DNA of 64,000 nt from Lingula anatina (lineage: Eukaryota > Animalia > Brachiopoda). The notes under the pieces are model-generated. The model did not search any database and was not told where the DNA came from. It saw nothing but the letters and a program-made list of their open reading frames with translations. Shown in pieces: positions 53,875-64,000 of this stretch. A program made the translations under genes and the position numbers. Location of the stretch: NCBI GenBank assembly GCA_051362555.1, contig JBPQGU010000016.1, positions 6,262,001 through 6,326,000 on the forward strand. The letters are read 5' to 3'. Position 1 is the stretch's first letter; each line of letters starts with the position of its first letter.

Positions 53875-54191
53875 CAACGGCGCGCTTCATGTGACCGGAT
53901 GTACCGTGATGTGACCCAGTATTCACTGCGGGTTTTCTTTGACCTACTTAGTCGGGCTTAGTACGGCGGAGCGGGAACATTTTATACGTTATGAAATAAC
54001 GTTATACCTAGGCCAAGATATAGTTACGAGTTACCATACACGTTTTATCTGAAGCAGTGGGACATTCCACGATTCCAGCATCCTTTTAAATGCATACAAA
54101 CACATTCTTGATGACAGAAGGGTGAGTACTTTGTTGTAGTGATCTGGTACCGGAAGTCTTGGGATTGAAAGCGACAGTTGGGCGGGGTTTT

Positions 54192-54252
<61 letters not shown>

Positions 54253-54349
54253 GCTGCAGAGACAAAAGGTAGAGGGTAGACAAAGGAATCTTGTGATCCT
54301 AGTGTTATAAGTGTTATACAGTAGATCTGGATTCCTGGAAACATCTGAG
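53875..54349 (+). promoter_or_regulatory. Candidate promoter and non-coding first exon
   Basis: Locally CpG-rich; ETS-type accggaagt (54149) and accggatgt (53894); GC box gggcgggg; (GA)n tract; donor-like ctgag|gtaaaa at 54350. Confidence 0.25.
54195..54249. repeat. (GA)n microsatellite
   Basis: Direct observation. Confidence 0.95.
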
Positions 54350-55450
54350 GTAAAACCTAAAAAGTACTAGCAGAGTTAATTAAGTAGCAATAAGGTTTCT
54401 ATGATGTAGTATGTTGTACTTGTCTTAGAGCTACTATAAAAGTTATTTGTGGGGATTTTTGCAGTGTTCACTTCGTCCTTCATATCTTTATAACTCTCTA
54501 TTAAACCATAGCCCTCCAACTGGAGTGCAGTAATGGCTTTGCAATGTTAAGAACTCGTACATTTTGTAGCCATGTATAGCAACACGTTACAGTATTACAA
54601 TTGGGCTTCACCATTCTCAAATATACTAGTGTTGTGTCTCATATGTTGAGATATGCTGGAATGCTAAAGATGTAAAATTACAACAAATATCCTTCAAAAT
54701 TTCATTTAGAATGCCAAGCTAAATTGGTAAGAATGCATGTTTCTGCTTTTCATTTATTGGTTACTCAACATACAACCCAAATGAACCCATTTCTTTTCAG
54801 TACCTGTATATAGGTGATCTAAGACATCCATGTGTGTACATACAACCAATCGTGACCACTTTCAGTGACTATCCCAGCATTTTTTCAATGACACTGATGT
54901 ACAGTATGTCATTGGTTATTTTAAGTTTGATTTTTTTTACATGAAGTCATGGCAAACCATCAGATGCATATTAGCAATTTTTTGAAAGTACAAATAACTG
55001 TGAATATGTGGAAGCTGCCAAGTTTGACTTTGCCCAGGACCACTGCCAGTTTAGAAATGATGGGAATGCGAACAAACCACCCTTTTTGCCGGGGAAAAGG
55101 TTCCCTCTTGGGAAATTTTTATTTAGGTACACAATGGTTTTATGGTAAAAGGTCCACTTTTTTTAGAAAAAAAAAAACTTTTGAAATTGCTGGCTATAGG
55201 TCTGTTGAATGTTTATAATGAATGTTTTTCTTTTTATTCAGCTCACACAAACAGTTTACATAACTGTTGGTGTACAGTGTCATGTGTCTCTGTAGTGGCC
55301 TGCTTGATGTGGTCAGTTTGGGATGATGTTATATCTAATACATGGCTGTCGATTGGTCGCGTCTTGACCGAGGCCACCACCTGGTGGATGAGATGGTAAT
55401 GGGAACAAGTATGAAAGAAGCACATGGTGAGTGAGATCCACGGCACCCTG

Positions 55451-55618
55451 CAGGGGCGGATCCAGAGCTATATACTGACAGTCTTCCAAATTATCTTTGT
55501 TGATTCATCCTCCAATTTTGACCGTCTTCCAACATTAAAAATTGGATACCCGTCAATGTAAACTTGAAAATCTGACCGTCTTCTGGAAGACCCAGAAGAC
55601 GGCCTAAATCCGCCCCTG
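55451..55618 (+). mobile_element. hAT5-like MITE (family E)
   Basis: TIR caggggcggat / atccgcccctg; 5-bp TSD ccctg. Confidence 0.8.
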
Positions 55619-56084
55619 CCCTGTCATAACATTGGCGAAGAGGATAAGCAAGAAATACTAACATGGCACAGGGAGAACCGCACAGGGTTTAAAGATGCAT
55701 ACAAAGTCAAATTTTTGTCACAAAAACCAACTAAATGCCAGTATATAGTTTCAAGTAGTATAACTAAGAGAAGTACCAAAAGGCATTGTTTAATTTTACC
55801 CGAAAATGATGTTTGAACGGATTTTTCTGCTGGCATTTTAAGCTGTATGTCAATGGGGCAGGAAAGTAGGTCACGAAAGTAGGTTAAATTTACAACCAAA
55901 AATTTAAAGAAAGGAGCAGTCTAAAGGTCTTTTATGGCTGATCGAGTGATCTATTCAGTTTATCCCTTGGCATGTCGAATTTATTTGAGTCATATAAGAA
56001 TCTAGTAGAAGTGGTTTACATGTGTTACTGGGAATCCACGCTCCACCGATGCTGGGTTCGTATGTACCTTTAACAAAGCACAAG

Positions 56085-56440
56085 CAGATTACCACCGAGA
56101 ATAGAGTCCTGAATGGATGATGGACTTATAAGATGTTGACTATGAAGTGGTATATGAGCCAGGAAAGAATGATGCAGACTCTATTGATTGTCTCTCCAGA
56201 CACCCATGGCCACAAACGGTGGTGATAGTACAGAGAGGAGGATCAGATGGATGGTAAAATCTGAAAATGCAGTGATTCTTGATGAGATAGCTTAGGAAAC
56301 CCTCACTGACCCAACACTAATCAAACTTGGAGAGAGAATCTCAGCAGGAGATTGGAATCTATATAGTAAAGATGAGGACATCGAACCATACTTGCACATG
56401 AGAGAAGAATTAAGTATATTTGAAGGACTCATTTACAGAA
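56085..56440 (+). pseudogene. Gypsy-type pol fragment (RNase H C-terminus and linker to integrase)
   Basis: LPPRIE/WMMDL*DVDYEVVYEPGKNDADSIDCLSRHP ... DEIA*ETLTDPTLIKL...IEPYLHMREELSIFEGLIYR. Confidence 0.8.
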
Positions 56441-56868
56441 TCGCTGTCCTGAAAAAAATAGTAATCTGAGATAATTTGTATGTAATCAGGATGAAGGCGG
56501 ATCGCTGTCTTAAAAAAAGTAATCTGAGCATAATTTATATATATTTAATCAGGATGAAGGCGAATCGCTGTCCTGAAAAAAAAAGTAATCTGAGATAATT
56601 TATATTTAATCAGGATGAAGGCAGATTGCTGTCCTGAAAATAAAGTAATCTGATATAATTTATATTTAATCAGGATGAAGGCGGATTGCTGCCCTGAAAA
56701 AAAAGTAATCTGAGATAATTTATATTTAATCAGGATGAAGGCGGATTGCTGTCCTGAAAAAATAGTAATCTGAGATAATTTGTATGTGATCAGGATGAAG
56801 GCGGATCGCTGTCCTAGAAAAAAGTTATCTGAGATAATTTCTATGTAATCAGGATGAAGGTGGATTGC
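56438..56868. repeat. ~60-bp minisatellite, ~7 copies
   Basis: Unit atcgctgtcctgaaaaaaaagtaatctgagataatttatatttaatcaggatgaaggcgg. Confidence 0.92.
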
Positions 56869-57993
56869 TTGACTGGGGCCACCACCTGGTGGATGACGTG
56901 GTTATGGGAACGAGTATGAAAGAAGCACATAGCAAGTGAGACCCACGACTTCTATAACAGATGATATGTATTTGACCCAAGGTGGAGCAGTGGTCATAAC
57001 CCACCCTCACCCATCACCATGCCAAAAATGCTTCCTTGCAGGTAGTGCACAAAATTATTGCTTGGTTTTGTTTTAGTAGTTGTGTTATAATAGTCTTTTA
57101 TACTTCCCGTGAAGATCAACAAACCAGTTATCATATTTTGTGCTTCCTTCCAATTTAAATAAATTTTTTCACTTCTCTTATGTTACTCCTCACAAAATGT
57201 ACTTCTACAAGGCACATTCAACTGATATACTTATCCAAGATTATTACAGGCATTGTTTATAGGCAATTTATGAGCAAATTTCTCAAAAATCCCAGATGAT
57301 TTGGCAGAGTTCTGTTTATTTAACTTTGGTCAGTTTAAGATTGTGACAGTTGTACCAGTCACAATTGTGCCCAGCAGCCTCCAAAATACATCTTAAACTT
57401 GTCCCTGTTCAGTCACCATAACTGTGATGTCTGTCATATTTGGTGGACATTAGGCAGAATATTTTTGGTTAAATATTCTGCTGGCTCTTGTGGACTGTCA
57501 GGGTTTTGTCTTTTTATTAAGATAATTTATATCACTTAATTCATTCATATAATCTTTTGTCTCTTTTTTTCTAGCTCCAGTCTCCATACAGCATGGTGTC
57601 TTCTAGGTGAACAGACTTTACCTGGCTGGACATGGGGGACATTCATTGTTAATATAAAATAGACAGGAAATAACAGCTGCAGGAATATCCCTTCATCCAC
57701 AGAGTTGTGCAAGACACAGCAAGTTTCAGGATGAATGGGTTGTGAAGAGCCAGAGACAGGACAGCCATGGTAAACAGGGAACTGGACTTCTTGCAGGTTG
57801 TACACAAAATGAACAGTTAGTTGTTTCCTCTGTAGAGACAAAAACACCAATTATCACAATTTTTTGATTAATTGGTTTTCAATGTGACTTGAAAAGCATG
57901 GATAGCTTGTTTTGTGTGTGTGTGGGTGGGGGGGGGGGGGTTAAGGGCGCGTTCTACGACCAAATATGGTGAGAACTTGACATTGGATTCAAG

Positions 57994-58027
<34 letters not shown>

Positions 58028-58178
58028 ACGCGCATCGTCCCAGCAGGGGCAGAGCAATCAAATCTCGACATGCTCTCAAGTGGGTCGAGTCATATTTAAT
58101 CATTCAACTGGTTGTGAACGCGGGCTATTTCTCCCTGGCCTCTCTCTTACCTTTTACGCCTGTGAACCGCAAGACTAT

Positions 58179-58433
58179 GACTGGGTTCCCATACCTAGAT
58201 CGATCTAACAGGATCGATCCATCTCCGAGGGGTTTCTCGCTTAATTGCTTTCAGTTTAAGTGGCTTAGATGTCTGGCACGCCTACTGAAGCTGCTAAACG
58301 ATAGTTAATTCCCCCAAGCAGCTTAAGTAGGCGTGACAGACATCTAAGCCGCTTGAGTCGTTTGAAATTTAGCGAGAAACCCCTAAGAGATAGATCGATC
58401 CACAGTTAGTACGATAGGGTCTGGAAATGGTCC
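58179..58433. mobile_element. Family A MITE
   Basis: gactgggttcccatacctagatcgatcta ... gatagatcgatcc...tctggaaatggtcc. Confidence 0.75.
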
Positions 58434-59891
58434 TCATGATACAACTGAGACACACCTTCACCTCTTGTTGAAAGTTCTATAACAGTTATTATACAAGTGT
58501 ATGCTTTAGTGTTTTCTGTTTATTCAAATTAAACCAAATAATACTTTCACAACGTTTAATCTACTGTTAATGTTTAGTCTGCTTAATGAAAAATGTTGAA
58601 GTTTGTAAGTGAGATGTATACAATATTTCTATTTATGCTCTTTAATAAACAGAGGGTATATAATGTTTATTATATTATTTATTTATGTTATTTTTCTTCT
58701 GCTCGAATTCACAATCAATATTTTTTTATCAAACATTGATGGATTGGGGGGAGATCACAGCGGTCACGTGACACTTTCTTGACTTATCGGATATCTCTTT
58801 CTCTCACATGTCCCTTGCATGATGAAATTTACCCAGCATTTTTCCACCCCAAGTGCCTTAAAAACAAAAAAAAAAAAAAAAAAAAAAACTTGAAGTTTGC
58901 CGCAAATTTGTTGCAAACTAATTTATAAACAATTTGCAGATTGTCCCAAGAACAGTTGCTGCAAATTCGCTAGAAAGGTTAAAAGTTTGCAGGACGTTTG
59001 CTTGAAAGTCTTCAGAACTAATTTTCATGGTAAAACTTCTTGTTGCAAAAAAGTCCTAAAGATATGCCTTGTGGATATAAACTTTTTATTTTTATTTTTG
59101 CAGGTGATGGTGAACTGTGCCTTGTATATTCGAAAACAAAGGAAATATAAGAAACATATCAAGATCAACTTCTTTGGTCTGGAGTCACGTGACCACTTAC
59201 GGCTCAACAGAAAAATAACCACAAATTTACGTTGCCTAGGAAACTACCACCGAATCTGTGGACAATGCATCACTTGAATGCTTACTGAAAACCAACGTAT
59301 TTTCATACAAAATGTAATATTAGAGAAACAAAAGACCCTTGACTTACCCGAACTGAAACAGGGGTGACATTTATGCAGAGCAGTCCAATGAAAAAGTTGC
59401 AGCTATCACATTATTGGATTCCACTGAAGAAGGAAGTTGCACAAAAATATTTCTTTGTGGAAAAACGCAATTGGTCGTTAGAAAGTTCCAGTATTATAAT
59501 AAGGAAGGCTGACAGTCAGTGTCGTTCAAAAGAATAACGCAACCGGTGTAGGAACAGTGGATAAAACGAAATTGGAGGAAGCCTTGCCGAAACTGTCATT
59601 TTGTTCCCAAACCGATCACTTATGCAAAGTTTGCAAATACAGAAGACGCTCGCTCTTAAATGTAAGAGCGAGAGACAGTAGACTTAAAGGGAACATTGTG
59701 CGCTACATTTCAGTGACAATAATTGCAAGAGATTTTTGGAAATATTCTGCGGACGTTTTTCTAATCTTGGAAACTATTGAATGATCACTAATGATCATGT
59801 TCACGATTTTGCCTTGGTAAAATACCTCTGCACTGTTCAGCACGCTTTATTTAATCAAGGATATTCAACGAAAGTACTGACTCTTGTAGAA

Positions 59892-60105
59892 ATGTTGAAG
59901 TTGGCCTCGGAAACTAATGGCACCGAGTCAGGCATGGAGGACGCGTGGCTCACTCTATCGGTGGAAGGTGAACCTAAAAGCCTGGAGGAGGACGCTCTCG
60001 AGCAGTCGACGTTTAACGAAGACTTGTGGCACAATTTATTAGACCAACTGAGTAAGGCGGAGATGTGTCGAATTAATTTTGAAGTTGAGCCTTATCCACC
60101 GACTG
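59892..60105 (+). CDS. Class B1 (secretin-family) GPCR, CRF/DH44-receptor-like: first coding exon
   Basis: MLKLASETNGT...AEMCRINFEVEPYPPT, then phase-1 donor G|gtaagt; contains Cys1 of the hormone-binding domain; start codon uncertain. Confidence 0.7.
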
Positions 60106-61862
60106 GTAAGTTGTTTTCCCCGCTTAATGTTTTCAAGCCATATTTCATTCATATATTTTCAAGACTGCGTGCGCAAACGCAAATGAATAAACTAAACCGA
60201 ATCGACAATTCCAATATGATAAATGATCCCGCTGTACTTAGTAAAAAGCAGATTTCATTAAGTCTACAATCTCCAAAGACTTTGGATATAAAGCAACCCA
60301 GACGAAAAAAAAGCAGTTAGCCTAAAGCAGCCACATTAAAAAAAATACGCGAAATAAGCGTGCTAAGGGTCCCTTTCCTCTTCCAATTAAAAGGGTAAAA
60401 TTAAACATTGATACAGTTTTATGTTTATGTGCTTTGCTAAACTATTTATGGGTGGAAAGTGCAACATCTTTGGTACAGCTTAAGGCAAATTTATTGCAAA
60501 TTAAACGATGGGTTAGTCTTTACAGAGTCCACTTTTAGCGTAACTTTGCATCTGCAATTTTAAATATGTTTTTCGATTTCAAATCGTAAATTCCCCAGTA
60601 GCTGTTTTAAATGGGCATTACCGCGCTTGATTACACTTCCTTTAATTTGGTGCTTTTGGTGGTTTAGCACTCAAAAGGCAGTATGAAATTTCCACTTTCT
60701 CTGAAATCCCCCTCTTGCACCGTAGATTGAATATGGCGTGTCGCAATTTGCTTAGGTTTACAATTATCATGTGATGTCGCAAAAGTGTTTTAATTTAGTT
60801 GCGTAAACACGGTGATCAATTTACCGTCATGTTCAATTTAAAGGTCAGGCATTTTTCTTCTAGTAGCACAGAGATTTACTTGGAATTCACGGGCAATTAT
60901 AGGAAAAAATGTGAATTGGCACGACGAGAAGTAGATATGATCGCGCTGTTTCACGTAATCTGTAGTGAAACAATATACCATATAATTACAGAATTTGACT
61001 GAGACACAGCGAGGTTCATATCCCTTTTCTGAAGTCTATAGTACATTTTGACCGAAACACTTTAATTTTTTTCTGTATAATTTAATATATAAATGTTAAC
61101 GTCCTCCAAGATAACATGCAACACTGCGTTATCCAATGGATTTGTCTTCTGGTAAAAAAATATGGGCAGCAATTAATTGTCTCCTTCTCTCCTATAAGTT
61201 CCATCATACCTCAAATTTACGAAATACAAGATCATAATCTATGCTTATTATAAAATATAATGTGTTATCATCTCATACACAATTAATCTGGTCGTTTTCA
61301 CTCGAGGCTGAGCGACGTTTTTGTGGAAAAAGTTTACACCCTGATGCAGGCACATCAATGACTTGGTTTTCTTGGCGTCTTTGTTGGCTGTCCTGTAAGT
61401 TCTGTACTCTCTGCCCAGGGGGTGCACTAGTAGTCTGTAATAAAATCATTGTAATTTAATTTTGTATACTATTTTAGATACCCCTGATATCAGATGATAG
61501 GCGCTCTGGATAAGTGTACCTTTTACAGAAAAGCGCAAATCCGCGTTCTAGTGTTTTGACAATGTTTGGCAACATGCATGAGTTGTAAGCTGTAGGACAG
61601 TAGAGGTTTGAGGATGGGGGATACACAAAGAGTAACGAACATAGTTTGGAGGTACATTCTTGAAAGACTCTCCTTGGATATAACTTCATGAGAAGTGCTA
61701 TTTTTCAAAGAAGTGAAAAAGAGAGCTATACATATACAAAGGCCTATACATGTACAAGCAGTAAATCTATACAAAATAATCTACTTAGTCCAATGTCTTT
61801 ATTTTGTGAATTGTTTCCTCTTTTACTCCATCGGTCTTCCTCTTTCTTTTACGCTCTCCATT

Positions 61863-61864
<2 letters not shown>

Positions 61865-61933
<69 letters not shown>

Positions 61934-61936
61934 TCA

Positions 61937-61967
<31 letters not shown>

Positions 61968-61994
61968 ACTCACTCACACACACACACACTCTAC

Positions 61995-62051
<57 letters not shown>

Positions 62052-62090
62052 CCTTTCTCTCACCTGCATGTACATTTACCTACCCAAGCA

Positions 62091-62154
<64 letters not shown>
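61865..62154. repeat. Compound (CT)n/(CA)n microsatellite abutting the splice acceptor
   Basis: Direct observation. Confidence 0.95.
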
Positions 62155-62157
<3 letters not shown>

Positions 62158-62174
62158 CTTCCTCCATTTTCCAG

Positions 62175-62300
62175 ACAATGGTCAGGTGTACTGTAACAGG
62201 AGCTGGAATGGCGCCACCTGCTGGCCCACAACCCTGGCCGGCCACTGGGCCACCGCCTTCTGTCCGCCCGAAGTGGAGGGAGTTTCGCTGGACGTTACAC
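62175..62300 (+). CDS. Class B1 GPCR exon: hormone-binding domain core
   Basis: ttccag|...DNGQVYCNRSWNGATCWPTTLAGHWATAFCPPEVEGVSLDVT...|gtgagt; phase 1-1; C-x3-W-x-G-x2-C-W-P-x-T...C-P signature. Confidence 0.9.
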
Positions 62301-62324
62301 GTGAGTTTACGACAATGACCACGT

Positions 62325-62954
62325 TCAGATTCAAACATCGCACCAGCTGGATCGATCCAACTCTGCGGGGAATTTTTGTCAAAGTGCTTTCAGTGTCATC
62401 AGCTTAATTGTCTGACAAGCCTACCTGAGCAGCTTGTTGATTAGTTAATTACCCCTTGGAACTCGAGGAGGCGTGTCACACATTTAAATCGTTTACAGTG
62501 ATTGCACTTAGGGTGCTTTCCCAGAGATTTAGATCGATCTAAAGATTAAGTTCTAGATCGACCTAACTTCCTGGGGGTTCACGCTAAATTGCAGTCAGCC
62601 GAGCGGACACCATAGTTAATTACCACCTTACAGCGTTTAGTAGGCGGGACAGACGCTTAAGCCGGCCAAGCTGACAGTAATCTAGTGAGACTCCCCACAG
62701 GGATAGATCGATCTAAAAATCTATGAAAATGGGGTGTTACACCCCATTTCCATAGATTAGAATGACCTACTTTAGATCGACCTAACTCGCTGGGGGTTCA
62801 CGCTAAATAGCTGTCAGCCGGGCGGACACGAAAGTTAATTACCCCCTTACAGCTTGTAATAGGCGGGACGGACATTTAAGTCGGATTATCTGAAAGTAAT
62901 CTGGTGAGACTCCCCGCGGGGATAGATCGATCTAAAATCTATGGGAATAGAGCC
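62325..62954. mobile_element. Three adjacent family A MITE copies in a GPCR intron
   Basis: Units at ~62325-62548, 62552-62735 and 62741-62954, each with tagatcga(t/c)cta arms; last ends agagcc|tta. Confidence 0.8.
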
Positions 62955-63557
62955 TTAGAGAGGTGGATCAAATCAGCTAGTGCGATGGGTTTATCTGAAC
63001 GCTCCTAATCACTCATTAAATTCGAATACAATTATATAGATTATATTTCTTCAAACAATGCTTTATTAACAACACAAAACCAAATTGATAGAAAATTAAA
63101 TTTTAAATCCAAGTGAGTTGATAGTAGAAACACGCGATGACGAGGACAGAACTGAAGATTTACCTTGTGAAAAATGACAACAACGTCTTATTTAAGGCAT
63201 GGAAAGGCATATTTCCCTTGTGCAAAATTATTTAAAGTATTTAGGTAAAACAGAGCCTCGGTTCTATGAAGGGCCCTTAATTTTTCACTAATTCCATAAC
63301 ATGCAAACGAGGCTACTGCATCGCTGTAGATTAAACTAGAAACAGGTTATGTCTAGCGCTATCATAGAGAAGGAGGAGGGGATTTTATTTTACTCTTTTA
63401 AGTGTGGGGCTCTATTAAAACAAGTGTGCCTATTTTAGAAGGGGATTTTATTTACACTAGTGTAAAAGGGTGGCTGAGGCTATGATAAAACAGGGACGTG
63501 TAGTTTAGGAGGATATATTATAATGTGCAATGTGATGTTTTTTACGTTTAATTTTAG

Positions 63558-63658
63558 AAAATGCGACAAGATACTGTCATCCCAATGGAATGTGGAATGA
63601 AAAGTCTAACTACGACAACTGCACGCTGTTATCACACGTTGGAATAGAGAATTTAGAG
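63558..63658 (+). CDS. Class B1 GPCR exon: end of hormone-binding domain
   Basis: ttttag|...QNATRYCHPNGMWNEKSNYDNCTLLSHVGIENLE|gtaaat; R-x-C-x2-N-G-x-W...N-Y-x2-C signature; in phase with the previous exon. Confidence 0.9.
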
Positions 63659-63807
63659 GTAAATTAAATCTTTTAGATGTAAAGATAATCTTGATTTGTT
63701 GTATTATTGGAAAAAAGACAAATTTACAAGAGTATTTTTCTCCAAAATTAATATATATGTAAAATTTTAAAAAAATTATAAACTTATCAGTAAGAAAAGT
63801 AATTTTT

Positions 63808-63880
63808 CGCCCAATGTGGGGCTCGAACCCACGACCCTGGGATTAAGAGTCCCATGCTCTACCGACTGAGCTAACCGGGC
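63808..63880 (-). tRNA. tRNA-Lys (anticodon CTT)
   Basis: GCCCGGTTAGCTCAGTCGGTAGAGCATGGGACTCTTAATCCCAGGGTCGTGGGTTCGAGCCCCACATTGGGCG: 73 nt, full cloverleaf, A and B boxes, TTTT ~10 nt downstream. Confidence 0.95.
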
Positions 63881-64000
63881 TGTTGTGCGTCGGTCCCATC
63901 AGGCTTTCGTCCGCGCTCGGATTATGTGAGCTTTAATACTTTAAAGTGGATCTAATTATTCATGCGTATAAGATAAGGATAATGATTGTGTTTGTGGACC

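Noticed and set aside
56438-56868. 60-bp array as CRISPR
   Set aside because: Contiguous tandem units with no spacers
57927-58027. G-run and long C-run as a structured element
   Set aside because: Homopolymer lengths are unreliable and no clear TIR/TSD pair is present
59781-60320. 179-aa single-exon gene
   Set aside because: Only the middle part is exon; the frame runs past the gtaagt donor at 60106 into the intron
61695-62318. 207-aa ORF
   Set aside because: Mostly (CT)n/(CA)n translation and out of frame with the real exon

Overview
AT-rich, intron-containing metazoan genomic DNA with a repeat landscape typical of marine invertebrates (mollusc-like; the taxon is inferred, not shown). The only clearly supported host protein gene is the 5' part of a secretin-family (class B1, CRF/DH44-receptor-like) GPCR on the + strand. 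Three phase-compatible exons (59892-60105, 62175-62300, 63558-63658) encode the six-Cys hormone-binding domain, with Asn at the normally invariant Asp of the W-D-G motif. An intact tRNA-Lys(CTT) lies antisense in its third intron. The rest is largely a nested transposon landscape. A 5'-truncated LINE (RT plus C-terminal CCHC) sits inside a 46/55-bp minisatellite and is split in-frame by a Helentron-type (HINE) element. That HINE family has four copies with variable internal tandem arrays. Also present: an AcademH-like RecQ-bearing deletion derivative, an intron-containing pogo-like transposase pseudogene inside a multi-level nest, PIF/Harbinger-, hAT5- and Tc1/mariner-type MITEs, Penelope-type hammerhead relics, a tRNA-Gly-derived SINE, L2 and Gypsy fragments, and a decayed HEATR3-like exon. 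No CRISPR array or prokaryotic system is evident. All family assignments are by-eye motif recognition, not database hits.
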